DNA of 64,000 bases from Pseudomonadota bacterium (GCA_036339995.1 JAYYZW010000039.1:35852-99851), one strand, 5' to 3'. Shown: positions 18,663 to 29,266, numbered from the stretch's first letter. The notes: generated by a model not told the origin, from the sequence alone. Numbers and translations are program-made.

Positions 18663-21110
18663 GTGACTGATGCAATTCCGGACCGGGCGGAGGTCGTCGT
18701 CGTGGGAGGCGGCATCGTGGGTTGTTCCATGGCCTACCACCTGACGAAAATCGGTATCGAGGACGTGGTGCTGTGCGAGCGCCGGCAGCTCACCTGCGGC
18801 ACCACCTGGCACGCCGCGGGTCTCGTGGGGCAGCTTCGCGGTTCCCGCAACATGACCCGCCTCGCGAAGTACACCGCGGAACTCTATACCGACCTCGAAC
18901 AGGAAACCGGCCAGGCGACGGGCTTTAAGCAGAACGGCTCGATATCGTTGGCGATAACCGACGGGCGCTTTGAGGAGTTGAAGCGCATGGCGTCGATGGC
19001 GAAGGTGTTCGACCTGCGTGTCGACGTGATCACGCCGGACGAGGTCAAAGCGCGTTATCCCCTGATCTATACCGGTGATGTGATCGGGGCGATCCGGATC
19101 CCGTCCGACGGCCAGGTGAACCCGGTCGACGTTACGCAGGCCCTAGCGAGCGGAGCGCGAATGGGCGGCGCACGAATCTTCGAAGACACGAAGGTCCAAT
19201 CGATTTTGACGCAGGGCCGCAAGATCCGCGGTGTTGAAACAGAGCGCGGCGTGATCGAGGCCGAGTACGTCGTGCTGTGCTGCGGCATGTGGACCGGCGA
19301 ACTAGCGGCGACGGTCGGCGTTCAAGTACCACTGCATGCCTGCGAGCACTTCTACATCGTCACGGAGCCACTCGAAGGCGACATTCGCGAGCTCCCGGTA
19401 CTGCGCGACTACGACGCCTGTGCTTACTATAAGGAAGACGCGGGCAAGATTCTGCTCGGAGCCTTCGAACCCGAATCGAAACCCTGGGGCATGGACGGGA
19501 TACCGGAGTCCTTTTGCTTCGATCAGCTTCCGGACGACGTCGAACACTTCGAGCCTATCTTAGAGATGGCCTTGCACCGCATGCCAATCCTCGCCGATAT
19601 CGGTATTCAAACGTTCTTCTGTGGGCCGGAGAGCTTTACGCCGGACGTTCGCTACCACCTCGGCGAAGCGCCGAATCTCGACAACTGTTTTGTCGCCGCG
19701 GGCCTCAATTCGATCGGGATCCAGTCGGCCGGCGGTATCGGCAAAGTGCTCGCCGAATGGATCCGCGACGGTCACCCATCGATGGATCTGTGGGAGGTCG
19801 ATATCCGGCGCAATATGCCATTCCAGACCAATCGCAGATACCTACACGACCGTGTGAAGGAATCCTTGGGCCTGCTCTATGCGACGCACTGGCCCTTCCA
19901 CCAGAATGAAACCGCGCGTGGGGTACGCCGCTCGCCGTTTTACGATCGCCTGGTCGCGTGCGGCGCCTGTCACGGACTCGGCTTTGGCTGGGAGCGCCCC
20001 AACTGGTATGCGCCCGCAGGCATCGATCCGCGCTATGAGCATAGCTACGGGCGCGAAAACTGGTTCGAGTATTCGGCGGCGGAGCACGCTGCGGTACGAG
20101 AGAATGTCGCGTTGTTCGATCAGACCTCCTTCGCCAAGTTTCGCCTGCAGGGTCGCGACGCCGAACAGGTGCTTAACTGGGTTTCAGCGAACGACATCGC
20201 GGTGGCACCCGGGCGCGTCGTCTATACGCAATGGCTGAATGAACGCGGCGGCATCGAAGCCGACTTGACGGTGACGCGCCTCGCCGAAGATGATTTCCTG
20301 ATCGTGACCTCCGGCGAGACCGAGGTCCGTGATTATCACTGGCTCGAACGCCAGATCCCCGACGGCAGCCACGTCTTCCTGTCAAACGTGACATCCGCCT
20401 TCGCGGTCCTGTCGATCATGGGGCCCAGGTCGCGCGATCTTCTGCAGTCGCTGTCGCCCGATGATCTATCGCATCCCGGGTTTCCCTTTGCCTCGAGCCG
20501 AGAGATCGAGCTCGGTTACACGCGCGTTCGTGCCTCGCGCATCACCTTTGTGGGCGAACTCGGGTGGGAATTGTACGTGCCTACGGAATTCGCCCTGGGC
20601 GTCTACGAAGCGATCGTCGCGGCGGGCACGGCATTCGGACTCGTTCACGCGGGTTACCACGCTTTGAATTCATTGCGCATGGAGAAAGCGTACCGGCATT
20701 GGGGACACGATATCTGTGATGAAGATTCGCCGCTCGAAGCGGGCCTCATGTTCGTCGTCAAGCCCGAAAAACGCCGCGGATTTCTGGGGCGTGATGCCCT
20801 GATGCAGCAACTCAAAGCAGCGCCGACACGGGCCCTGGTGCAATTTAAGCTCTCCGATCCCGGGCCGCTCTTGTTCCAAAACGAACCTATCTGGCGGGAT
20901 GACCGCATCGTCGGGTACATCACGTCGGGCATGTTCGGTCACACCCTCGGCGCTGCGATCGGACTCGGTTACGTAAACTGTTCCGAAGGCGTCGACGATG
21001 TCTTCGTTAACAGCGGCGCCTACGAAATTGAAGTGGCAGGCGAGCGGATACCGGCGATCACTTCCTTGCAACCCCTATACGACCCCGAATCCGAGCGGAT
21101 CCGGTGCTGA
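18663..21110 (+). CDS. dimethylglycine/sarcosine dehydrogenase-family flavoprotein (FAD oxidoreductase + GcvT-like folate-binding domain)
   Basis: 815 aa; N-terminal VVVVGGGIVGCSMAYHL FAD motif, C-terminal aminomethyltransferase (GcvT) domain. Confidence 0.85.
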   Translation: MTDAIPDRAEVVVVGGGIVGCSMAYHLTKIGIEDVVLCERRQLTCGTTWHAAGLVGQLRGSRNMTRLAKYTAELYTDLEQETGQATGFKQNGSISLAITDGRFEELKRMASMAKVFDLRVDVITPDEVKARYPLIYTGDVIGAIRIPSDGQVNPVDVTQALASGARMGGARIFEDTKVQSILTQGRKIRGVETERGVIEAEYVVLCCGMWTGELAATVGVQVPLHACEHFYIVTEPLEGDIRELPVLRDYDACAYYKEDAGKILLGAFEPESKPWGMDGIPESFCFDQLPDDVEHFEPILEMALHRMPILADIGIQTFFCGPESFTPDVRYHLGEAPNLDNCFVAAGLNSIGIQSAGGIGKVLAEWIRDGHPSMDLWEVDIRRNMPFQTNRRYLHDRVKESLGLLYATHWPFHQNETARGVRRSPFYDRLVACGACHGLGFGWERPNWYAPAGIDPRYEHSYGRENWFEYSAAEHAAVRENVALFDQTSFAKFRLQGRDAEQVLNWVSANDIAVAPGRVVYTQWLNERGGIEADLTVTRLAEDDFLIVTSGETEVRDYHWLERQIPDGSHVFLSNVTSAFAVLSIMGPRSRDLLQSLSPDDLSHPGFPFASSREIELGYTRVRASRITFVGELGWELYVPTEFALGVYEAIVAAGTAFGLVHAGYHALNSLRMEKAYRHWGHDICDEDSPLEAGLMFVVKPEKRRGFLGRDALMQQLKAAPTRALVQFKLSDPGPLLFQNEPIWRDDRIVGYITSGMFGHTLGAAIGLGYVNCSEGVDDVFVNSGAYEIEVAGERIPAITSLQPLYDPESERIRC

Positions 21111-21222
21111 AGCCGGCTTCGAAACACGCCGGTCGCACCGCCGGCGTTCTTGTCGCCTACGGGCCGCAGCGGTAGAGTAAAGCGAGTACCGTCAACACCA
21201 GTCGTTATTGGAGTGACGTAAG

Positions 21223-22569
21223 ATGAGCGAGCCCACCGAACGCCTCTCATCCGCCGAGAACATCCCGGATCTGGAGGCCCTGTGGCTCCCCTTTACCCAC
21301 AACCGCTATTTCAAGAAGCACCCACGCCTGGTGAGCCGCGCGGAAGGCATGTACTACACGACACCGGACGGCAGACAGATACTGGACGCCATTTCCGGCC
21401 TGTGGTGCTGCAACGCGGGACACCGTCATCCGAAAATCGTCGAAGCAGTCAAAGCGCAACTGGATGAACTGGATTATGCGGTCGCCTTTCAGGCGCATCA
21501 TCCCAAGGCGTTCGAACTCGCGAATAAGTTGACGGATGCCGCGCCGGGGGATCTCAAGCACGTGTTTTTCGTCAATTCCGGATCGGAAGCCGTCGACACC
21601 GCGCTCAAGATCGCGATTGCCTATCACAAGGCACGCGGCGACGGCGGCCGCTTTCGGCTGATCGGCCGCGCAAAGGGCTATCATGGTGTCGGCTTCGGCG
21701 GTATTTCGGTTGGGGGCATGACACCCAATCGAAAGGCGTTCGCGAGCGCACTGGTTCCGGGCGTCGATCACCTGCCTCATACGCATGATCTTGAACATAT
21801 GGCGTTCACGCGCGGGCAGCCCGAATGGGGCGCGCACCTGGCGGACGATTTGGAACGCATTGTGGCCCTGCACGATGCTTCAACCATCGCGGCAGTCATC
21901 GTCGAGCCGATGCAGGGATCGGCGGGGGTCATCGTACCGCCTACCGACTATCTCAAACGCCTGCGCGAGATCTGTAATCGTCACGGGATCCTGTTGATCT
22001 TTGACGAGGTCATCACGGCTTTCGGACGTCTCGGCGAACTGTTTTCGCCGACCCGATTCGACGTGATGCCGGACATCATCAGCTTCGCCAAAGGCGTCAC
22101 CAGCGGCATGGTTCCGCTCGGCGGCGTCCTGGTGGGCGATGGGATCTACGAACCGTTCATGCAGGGTCCGGAACACCTCGTTGAATTTTTCCACGGCTAT
22201 ACCTATTCCGGACATCCGCTGGCTTGCGCGGCCGCGGTGGCGACGCTGGACGTCTATCAAGAGGAAGGCCTATTCCAGCGGGCGCGGATGCTCGAACCGG
22301 TGCTCGAGGACGCCATCCATTCGCTCAGCGACGAACCCAAGGTCATCGATGTCCGGAACCTCGGTATTGCGGCAGCGGTCGAGTTCCAACCGATCGAGGG
22401 CCAAGCATCGATCCGGGCAATGAACGTCTTTCATCACTGTTTTGATGCCGGCGTGATGGTGCGTTACAGCGGGGACATCGTCGCCATCGGGCCGTCGACG
22501 ACGGTGAGCGAAAGCGAAATTGGTATCATCGTCGACACGCTGCGGGATGCGATACGCGCGAATCAGTAG
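21223..22569 (+). CDS. class-III (omega) aminotransferase, beta-alanine/omega-amino acid:pyruvate type
   Basis: 448 aa; PLP-lysine context FDEVITAFGRLG, typical AT-III N-terminus. Confidence 0.9.
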   Translation: MSEPTERLSSAENIPDLEALWLPFTHNRYFKKHPRLVSRAEGMYYTTPDGRQILDAISGLWCCNAGHRHPKIVEAVKAQLDELDYAVAFQAHHPKAFELANKLTDAAPGDLKHVFFVNSGSEAVDTALKIAIAYHKARGDGGRFRLIGRAKGYHGVGFGGISVGGMTPNRKAFASALVPGVDHLPHTHDLEHMAFTRGQPEWGAHLADDLERIVALHDASTIAAVIVEPMQGSAGVIVPPTDYLKRLREICNRHGILLIFDEVITAFGRLGELFSPTRFDVMPDIISFAKGVTSGMVPLGGVLVGDGIYEPFMQGPEHLVEFFHGYTYSGHPLACAAAVATLDVYQEEGLFQRARMLEPVLEDAIHSLSDEPKVIDVRNLGIAAAVEFQPIEGQASIRAMNVFHHCFDAGVMVRYSGDIVAIGPSTTVSESEIGIIVDTLRDAIRANQ

Positions 22570-22587
22570 TCAATAAGGAAAGCATGT

Positions 22588-22663
22588 TGGCGCCCTGAGC
22601 AGGATTCGAACCTGCGACCTACCGCTTAGGAGGCGGTTGCTCTATCCCCTGAGCTACCAGGGC
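22588..22663 (-). tRNA. tRNA-Arg (anticodon CCU)
   Basis: Reverse complement reads GCCCTGGTAGCTCAGGGGATAGAGCAACCGCCTCCTAAGCGGTAGGTCGCAGGTTCGAATCCTGCTCAGGGCGCCA; cloverleaf-compatible, anticodon loop CT-CCT-AA, CCA encoded. Confidence 0.85.
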
Positions 22664-23087
22664 AGCCGATGGCAAAAGTCTACCAAACGGAGCCGGTCAA
22701 ATCAGGCACCCCGCGGATCGTGGTTCGCGACGGTGATTTTCCAACCAGTCCGGGACCGCCCCTGGAGTTCAGCAACCGCCGATTGAAGCAGTCGCAATGG
22801 CGGGCGTACTGAGCGGTATGTTCGATGTCTACTACCGGAGCAAGGGTATTGAGGTCGGATCAGGTCCTCGTGCCCATTGTGTCCAAATGTCACAGCATCG
22901 TTAAGGAATGAAACGATCGGCCGAGCCGGCTGTTCCGCGAGCGCGCGCTGCATTACCAGGAACACGGCCCGGTGGATGATTGGGACGGCGTCTGGACGCT
23001 TGCGGAGAAATTAACAAGCACGGCGGATGACTGCCGTACGGACAGATAACCCGGCCGGGTTCACCTGCTGCGGCCCTCTACCGATTT

Positions 23088-24767
23088 TCAGCGCTGTCCG
23101 CTAGCCAGCTTCGACCACGTGTCGCGCAAGCTGACCGTGCGATTGAAAACGGGTGATTGCGCAGTGCTCTCGTCGTCGCGGCTGAAATATCCGACGCGCT
23201 CGAACTGGTAGACCGAAACATCGCCGTCGATAATCGAAGGCTCGGCGATGGCCTGATCGATGACCTGTATCGAATCCGGGTTCAGGCAGGTCCGAAAATC
23301 TTGCTCGGCACCCGGGTCCGCCACATCGAACAGCCGGTCGAATAGCCGGATCTCGACCGGCTTCCCGTATGCGCACGAAACCCAGTGAATAATGCCCTTC
23401 ACCTTACGCCCATCCGGCGTGGTACCGCCGGCGGTATCCGGATCGTAAGAGCAATGCAGTTCGCGGATGCTGCCGTGCTCGTCGGTCAATACTTCGTCGC
23501 AGCGAATGACGTAAGCATTTCGAAGGCGTACTTCGGTGCCGATTGAGAGGCGGTAAAATTTTTTCGGCGGATCGATCATAAAATCGTTGCGCTCGATATA
23601 GATCTCGCGCGTCAATGGAATCCGGCGCCTGCCGAAGGATTCGTTTTTAGGATGATTCGGTATGCCCAGCCATTCGACTTCGTCTTCTGGGAAATTACCA
23701 ATGACGAGCTTGACCGGATCAAGAACCACCATTACGCGTGGTGCGGTCCGATCGAGTTCTTCGCGGACACAATTCTCGAGTACGCCCATATCGATGACAG
23801 TCTGCTTCTTGGTTACCCCGACCCGATCGCAAAAATTCCGAATCGCCGCCGGCGGATATCCTCTGCGTCGCATTCCTTTCAAGGTTGGCAGGCGAGGATC
23901 GTCCCATCCCGAAACATGGCCTTCTTGTACCAGTTCCAGCAGTTTGCGCTTGCTCGTAATCGTGAAATTGAGCTCGAGGCGCGCGAATTCGATCTGCTGC
24001 GGGTGGCACGGCACATCGAGATGATCCAGGATCCAATCGTACAACGGCCGATGATCTTCGAATTCGAGCGTGCACAAGGAATGCGTTATGCCCTCCAGTG
24101 CATCAGACACACAATGCGTATAGTCGTACATCGGGTAGATCTTCCATTGTTCACCCGTGCGGTGATGAACAGATTTCCGAATGCGATACAGCGTCGGATC
24201 GCGCATGTTGATGTTAGGCGAGACCATGTCGATCTTGGCGCGCAACACATGAGCACCTTCGTCGAATTCGCCATTGCGCATGCGTTCGAAGAGATCCAAG
24301 TTTTCTTTGACTCCGCGGTTACGATATGGACTGTCGCGTCCGCCCTCGGTCAAGGTGCCGCGGAAATGCCTGATTTCGTCCGCCGTCAGACTATCCACGT
24401 ACGCCTTGCTTGCTGATATCAGGCCGCACGCGTAGGCATACAATTGTTCGAAGTAGTCCGACGCGTGAAATAAGCGATCCTCCCACGCAAATCCCAACCA
24501 CTTCACGTCTCCCTTGATCGCATCGGCGTATTCTTCGCTTTCCTTGTCCGGGTTCGTGTCGTCAAAGCGCAGATTGCAGCTACCTCCATAATCCAAGGCG
24601 GTACCGAAGTTAAGGCAGATGGACTTGGCATGCCCTATGTGGAGGTACCCGTTCGGTTCCGGAGGAAACCTCGTTGCGACGCGGCCACCGTATTTTCCGT
24701 TATCCTGGTCGGAATCGATGATGCCGCGTATGAAATTGATGGATGTTGGCTTGGTTGTGGAATTCAT
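23088..24767 (-). CDS. glnS: glutamine--tRNA ligase
   Basis: 559 aa; class I HIGH motif ([14 protein letters not shown]) and full-length GlnRS similarity. Confidence 0.95.
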   Translation of the reverse strand: MNSTTKPTSINFIRGIIDSDQDNGKYGGRVATRFPPEPNGYLHIGHAKSICLNFGTALDYGGSCNLRFDDTNPDKESEEYADAIKGDVKWLGFAWEDRLFHASDYFEQLYAYACGLISASKAYVDSLTADEIRHFRGTLTEGGRDSPYRNRGVKENLDLFERMRNGEFDEGAHVLRAKIDMVSPNINMRDPTLYRIRKSVHHRTGEQWKIYPMYDYTHCVSDALEGITHSLCTLEFEDHRPLYDWILDHLDVPCHPQQIEFARLELNFTITSKRKLLELVQEGHVSGWDDPRLPTLKGMRRRGYPPAAIRNFCDRVGVTKKQTVIDMGVLENCVREELDRTAPRVMVVLDPVKLVIGNFPEDEVEWLGIPNHPKNESFGRRRIPLTREIYIERNDFMIDPPKKFYRLSIGTEVRLRNAYVIRCDEVLTDEHGSIRELHCSYDPDTAGGTTPDGRKVKGIIHWVSCAYGKPVEIRLFDRLFDVADPGAEQDFRTCLNPDSIQVIDQAIAEPSIIDGDVSVYQFERVGYFSRDDESTAQSPVFNRTVSLRDTWSKLASGQR

Positions 24768-25182
24768 TGTCGTCGGCTCGCGGCATGCACTAAGGTCCGT
24801 CGCCCTTCGTGAGTTTGATCTAGCTCAAAACCGTATTGGAATCATTCCCAAAAACCCGGGCAGGTCGCTGCGGGACAATTTCGAGACGAAATCAGATTTA
24901 AACTGCTATGCCGGCGATCCTTTTGGGTCTGGCGAATGGCTCGACCAAGGGCGGCGGATGCCACAATAATGCGGTAAATCGTACGTTCGGCGCAACGATC
25001 GTATACCGATTCGAACTACCCGTAGGTGCGATTGGGCCTCGCTACCGAGCCAGGTGCGCTTGAACCGCGCTTTTCAGGAAGTCTTGATCGAGCGCCTTCG
25101 GGCGACGAGCAAAGCCTTGGCGCGCGCACTGACTTAAGCAGCCTATTGCTGCGCGTCTCGAGCGCGCGCGCGGGCGATTCCT

Positions 25183-25557
25183 TTAGCTGTCCGCAAATCG
25201 GGCATAACCCACGAAAGTCCATACCACGGCCATCATCACCAGGCTCAGAAATACCGCGGCCGCAGCGAGGTCCTTGGCGCGCCCCGAGAGTTCATGGGGC
25301 TCCTCACTGACGCGATCAGTGAGTGCTTCGACACCCGAGTTCAGCAGTTCCGTGATGAGCACGATGAAAAGCGATCCGATCAAAACAGCATAGTCGAGCG
25401 GGCCGCGTCCAACCCAGAATGCGAGCGGCAACATGACGGCGGTGAGCATCGCTTCCTGTCGAAAGGCTTCCTCGTGCTGCCATCCGGCGCGCAGGCCCTT
25501 GATGGAATAACCGAATGCCTTGATCAGGCGATTGATGCCGCGAAGGGGGGGGGCCAT
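25183..25557 (-). CDS. dgkA: diacylglycerol kinase (prokaryotic membrane DgkA)
   Basis: Start at MAPPLRGINRLIKAFGYSIKGLRAGW (ATG 25557, GGAG RBS 9 nt upstream); collinear with E. coli DgkA (EAFRQE...ELLNS.IEA..DR...E.HELSGRAKD); divergent from lexA as in enterobacteria. Confidence 0.85.
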   Translation of the reverse strand: MAPPLRGINRLIKAFGYSIKGLRAGWQHEEAFRQEAMLTAVMLPLAFWVGRGPLDYAVLIGSLFIVLITELLNSGVEALTDRVSEEPHELSGRAKDLAAAAVFLSLVMMAVVWTFVGYARFADS

Positions 25558-25600
25558 GCCTGTATCTCCTACACCGTAAACCTGGCGGCCTGAGGCGTGC

Positions 25601-25687
25601 GTTTGCGCGCGATTCCCCAGCCGATTCGCGCGCAAGCGCGCTCCTACATCCTAAACCACACCACCGCAGGAGCGCTTGTGGGCGAAT
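25601..25687. repeat. REP-like intergenic palindromic element, copy 2
   Basis: ATTCGCGCGCAAGCGCGCTCCTAC ...(19 nt)... GCAGGAGCGCTTGTGGGCGAAT, plus an extra half-palindrome GTTTGCGCGCGATTCC upstream; between dgkA and lexA promoters. Confidence 0.6.
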
Positions 25688-25710
25688 GGCGGTTTGTTTT
25701 TCGGAAATAA

Positions 25711-25742
25711 CTGTATATAATTACAGCTGTACGTTCAAGCAG
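25711..25742 (+). promoter_or_regulatory. two abutting LexA (SOS) boxes in lexA promoter
   Basis: CTGTATATAATTACAG (perfect CTGT-N8-ACAG, 25711..25726) directly followed by CTGTACGTTCAAGCAG (one mismatch, 25727..25742), 8 nt upstream of lexA GTG start. Confidence 0.8.
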
Positions 25743-25749
25743 GTGTATT

Positions 25750-26367
25750 GTGGTTACGGGTTTGACAGCGCGGCAGGCGGAAATCCTGGCCCTGGTTCGC
25801 AGGGAGATTCAGCATACGGGAATGCCGCCGACCCGTCTCGAAATTGCCGAGGCCCTGGGATTCCGCTCGCCGAATGCCGCCGAAGAGCACCTGCGGGCGC
25901 TTGCCCGTAAAGGCTATATCGAATTACTTCCCGGGGCGTCCCGCGGGATCCGTATCGCCGGAGACGCATCGCTCCAGGCACTGGGGCTGCCGGTGGTGGG
26001 GCGAGTGGCCGCAGGTCATCCCATACTCGCTGCCGAACATATCGAAGACCATCATGCAGTGGACCCGGATCTGTTCAAGCCCCGTGCGCATTACCTGTTG
26101 CGCGTACGCGGCATGAGCATGCGCGACGCCGGTATTCTCGATGGCGATCTGCTGGCAGTGCATGCCAGCCCGGAGGCGCGAAACGGTCAGATCGTCGTCG
26201 TGCGTCTCGAAGACGAAGTCACGGTCAAACGTTTCAAGCGGCGTGGTAAGCGCGTGCGTTTGCTGCCGGAGAATCTGGATCTCGAACCCATAGAAGTCGA
26301 TCTCAGATACCAGGAACTCGTCATAGAGGGTCTCGGGGTCGGCGTGCTCAGAACACATCCTCAATGA
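25750..26367 (+). CDS. lexA: LexA repressor (GTG start)
   Basis: 205 aa; N-terminal w[58 protein letters not shown], cleavage-site AG and Ser/Lys dyad region ([14 protein letters not shown]...VTVKRF). Confidence 0.95.
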   Translation: MVTGLTARQAEILALVRREIQHTGMPPTRLEIAEALGFRSPNAAEEHLRALARKGYIELLPGASRGIRIAGDASLQALGLPVVGRVAAGHPILAAEHIEDHHAVDPDLFKPRAHYLLRVRGMSMRDAGILDGDLLAVHASPEARNGQIVVVRLEDEVTVKRFKRRGKRVRLLPENLDLEPIEVDLRYQELVIEGLGVGVLRTHPQ

Positions 26368-26996
26368 ACCTGCAGGATTTGATGCGACGTGCCGATGTCT
26401 GGCGCGCCGGGGAGATACCCCCTGCTTCCGGCTTGAGCACGGGCTTTGAGGCCTTGGACGGCAGCTTGCCGGGAGGTGGCTGGCCACGCTCGGGACTCAC
26501 CGAAATCCTGTCGGCGACGCCTGGTATCGGTGCGCTGAGGCTGGTACTGCCCGCGCTTGCCAAGCTCAGTTACGACGGGCAGTGGATCATATGGGTCTGC
26601 CCGCCCTACATCCCTTATTCCCCGGCCTTGATCGAGTACGGCATGGATCTCGCCCAGGTCTTGGTCGTCGATTTATCCGATCAGCCGAATGCGTTGAAAG
26701 AGCAGACCCTGTGGGCTTATGAACAGGCTTTGAGATTCCCCGATTGCGGTGCTGCCCTCCTGTGGATCGAGGATGCCGCAGATCTTCACCTGCGCCGTTT
26801 ACAGCTCGCCGCCACGGCCGGCCGTACCTGGGGCATCGTGTTTCGCCCCGAACGGTTCGGAGCTCACCCGTCCCCGGCCCCGCTCAGACTGGGCCTAGCC
26901 CGGGAGGCCGCCGAAGAGCAGCGTGATGCATTGCAAGTGACGGTCCTCAAAGCGCGCGGCGGGCAGGGCGGTACACGTCGCCGGATCGCATTGTGA
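26364..26996 (+). CDS. imuA: ImuA (SulA/RecA-like inactive ATPase of the imuA-imuB-dnaE2 mutagenesis cassette)
   Basis: 210 aa; [19 protein letters not shown]...RRLQLAA...WGIVFRP pattern typical of ImuA; 4-nt ATGA overlap with lexA stop. Confidence 0.8.
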   Translation: MNLQDLMRRADVWRAGEIPPASGLSTGFEALDGSLPGGGWPRSGLTEILSATPGIGALRLVLPALAKLSYDGQWIIWVCPPYIPYSPALIEYGMDLAQVLVVDLSDQPNALKEQTLWAYEQALRFPDCGAALLWIEDAADLHLRRLQLAATAGRTWGIVFRPERFGAHPSPAPLRLGLAREAAEEQRDALQVTVLKARGGQGGTRRRIAL

Positions 26997-27024
26997 CTGA
27001 AAAGCACTTCCAAGGAGAATAAGC

Positions 27025-28614
27025 GTGCGAGCGTCCAAGCCCTGCGAACCCCTGCCGCGTGATTTCCATGGCAGGCGAGCGACACGCCCTGCCACGGGGT
27101 ATGTGCCCGGGCACAAAAACGTCCATTCGGCGAATGCTTCCACAGCCGGCGCGCTCTGGCTTCACCTGCATCTGCCGCAGCTTCCACTGGAGGCATTGAC
27201 CCGCGGGGTCGCGACACAACGCGCCTGCGTGTTGACCGCAGGGGAGGGCAGCCGCCGGAAAGTCTTGATGGCTAATACCCGCGCGGCGGCGCTCGGTATA
27301 CGCCCGGGCATGCCGCTCGGCGCCGCGCATGCCTTGGGCGAGGTGACCGTGCTCGCGCGCAATGAACGTGCGGAACACCAAGCGCTGGACAAGCTTTGTC
27401 TGTGGGCGTTGCAGCTGAGTTCCCAGGTCAGCGCGGTACCGCCCGATGGGCTGGTGCTGGAGATCAAGGGCAGTCTCAGGCTGTTTAAGGGAATGGACGG
27501 TTTGTTGAGCCATCTGCGCCATGGTCTCAGGGGGCTCGGTTACCGGGTGCAGCATGCGGTGGCGCCGACGCCGATGGCCGCGGCCTTACTGGCGCGTTCA
27601 AATTCCCGTGCGATCGTTTTGGCGGAGCAGGATCTGATGCAGCACCTGTCACCGCTACCCATCGAAACCCTGCGCCTGGAAGTGCGCCACAGGGAGGCAT
27701 TGGAAAGCATTGGCGTCAGGTGTATCGGTGATTGTCGCCGCCTGCCGCGCGACGGCCTGGCGCGCCGTTTTTCACCCGTATTGAACGACATGCTGGATCG
27801 CCTCTTCGGACGGGCGCCCGATCCCCAGCCGGCTTTTTCCGTGCCCCGGTGTTTCGAAGCAGCACTCGACCTGCCCTGGGAACTCGACAACGCGCAGGCG
27901 CTCATCGTCGCGGGGGAACGCTTATTGCACGAATTGGTCGGGTATCTGAGAGGGAATGCGACGATGACGCGCCATCTGCGATGGCGGCTCATCGGTCGCG
28001 ACAATTCCCATACGTGTTTCGAAGTCGGGCTCACGCGGCTTGGCCGGGATTTCGATCACATGTGCCTCTTGCTCAGGGAAACACTGATGCGCATGAATCT
28101 GAAGGTGCCGGTGCGTGCCATCGAACTTTACGTGGATGACATCGTGCGCGGGATGTCGCCGTCTACGAGCGACTTGTTCTTGGAAAGAAACCATCAGGAT
28201 GAGGAAGCTTATGCGGTGTTCGTCGATCGATTCCGTTCGCGTTGTGGTGCCCGGGCACTGCGCGGACTGGAGCTGAAATTCGATCATCGTCCTGAACACG
28301 CATGGTGTTGGCGGTATCCGGACGATGGAAAACGCAGCCCCCCCCCAGGGGCGGTGGCTTCCAGCCCTTTCGGTGCCCGGCCATTGTGGCTGGTAAAGCA
28401 CCCCATGACACTCACGACTCGACATGGGTACCCGGAGTTCGACGGGCCTTTGCAACTGGTTCCCGAGCGCGAGCGGATTGATGCTGGCTGGTGGGATGGG
28501 CATGCAATAGCGCGCGACTATTTCATAGCGACCACCACGAGAGGAAGCCGTTTGTGGATATACGAGGAACTCGGCGGAGAGCGGTGCTGGCGCCTCCATG
28601 GAGTTTTCGAATAA
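27025..28614 (+). CDS. imuB: ImuB (Y-family DNA polymerase-like, catalytically inactive paralog)
   Basis: 529 aa; GTG start with AAGGAG RBS 7 nt upstream; conserved ImuB N-region ALWLHLHLPQLPLEAL begins after a 42-aa N-terminal extension. Confidence 0.8.
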   Translation: MRASKPCEPLPRDFHGRRATRPATGYVPGHKNVHSANASTAGALWLHLHLPQLPLEALTRGVATQRACVLTAGEGSRRKVLMANTRAAALGIRPGMPLGAAHALGEVTVLARNERAEHQALDKLCLWALQLSSQVSAVPPDGLVLEIKGSLRLFKGMDGLLSHLRHGLRGLGYRVQHAVAPTPMAAALLARSNSRAIVLAEQDLMQHLSPLPIETLRLEVRHREALESIGVRCIGDCRRLPRDGLARRFSPVLNDMLDRLFGRAPDPQPAFSVPRCFEAALDLPWELDNAQALIVAGERLLHELVGYLRGNATMTRHLRWRLIGRDNSHTCFEVGLTRLGRDFDHMCLLLRETLMRMNLKVPVRAIELYVDDIVRGMSPSTSDLFLERNHQDEEAYAVFVDRFRSRCGARALRGLELKFDHRPEHAWCWRYPDDGKRSPPPGAVASSPFGARPLWLVKHPMTLTTRHGYPEFDGPLQLVPERERIDAGWWDGHAIARDYFIATTTRGSRLWIYEELGGERCWRLHGVFE

Positions 28615-29016
28615 GTCTCTAACAACCTGTCAATTCGGAAAGCACGAAGCCGAGCGTAACAAGCCAAGAATCGAAATCAAGATTCTATTTGTTGCGATCC
28701 CCGACCTTTCACCCCCAAGGCCTCGTACTTTGTGCTTTCCGTCTTTTTTATTTCCAGCGTGACGCGGTAACGGCTCGGTTCGTTGCTGAATCACGCAACA
28801 AATTCCTGACCTCAAGCTTCTTCCAACTATCCGGGGCGCCGAACCAAGCCAGACACGGCGAGCGATTTTAAGTTTCTCGCTTCGTAGTTTGTGCTTTATA
28901 CCCCCTCCTGGTTTGAGGTTTAGCCTCACTGCAACTTCGTATAGCAATGGCTATAACTTTGCGCCGCCTCTAGTGGTTTCGTACTCGCGCGAGCTTTCCA
29001 TCTATTCGCTTGGGTG

Positions 29017-29041
29017 ATGTTTTAACCCTCCGGATGGCAAA
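29017..29041. terminator. perfect 9-bp stem-loop (CCCTCCGGA-TGGCAAA-TCCGGAGGG) followed by CAAAATTTTCG; possible terminator/insulator in AT-rich junction
   Basis: Seen directly; T-tract interrupted, so intrinsic-terminator assignment is weak. Confidence 0.3.
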
Positions 29042-29161
29042 TCCGGAGGGCAAAATTTTCGTATGGAGCCGAGGAGATCACCGCTATACCTAAATTGCCC
29101 GACTACTGCAAGCCGTCGACTGGCGGAATATTGTTTTTAATGTGGAATTTAAATTAACTAT

Positions 29162-29189
29162 CTGACAAATGTCACGAAGAGGTTATAAT
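29162..29189 (+). promoter_or_regulatory. near-consensus sigma70 promoter (CTGACA-N16-TATAAT) overlapping palindrome TGACAAATGTCA
   Basis: -35 CTGACA 29162..29167, -10 TATAAT 29184..29189, AT-rich UP-like region upstream; about 75-nt leader to FAAL start. Confidence 0.45.
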
Positions 29190-29266
29190 CCCTAGTGCTG
29201 CATCAAAGGGGGGACGAACGAGCAATGCGTGCATTCGTCGATTCAGTGTCCAGAATCAGGCTCTAA

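Noticed and set aside
22664..23087. Possible integrated element 3' of tRNA-Arg(CCU)
   Set aside because: tRNA 3' ends are classic integration sites, but the 424-bp downstream region contains no integrase, no direct repeat of the tRNA 3' end that I can see, and is followed directly by housekeeping glnS.
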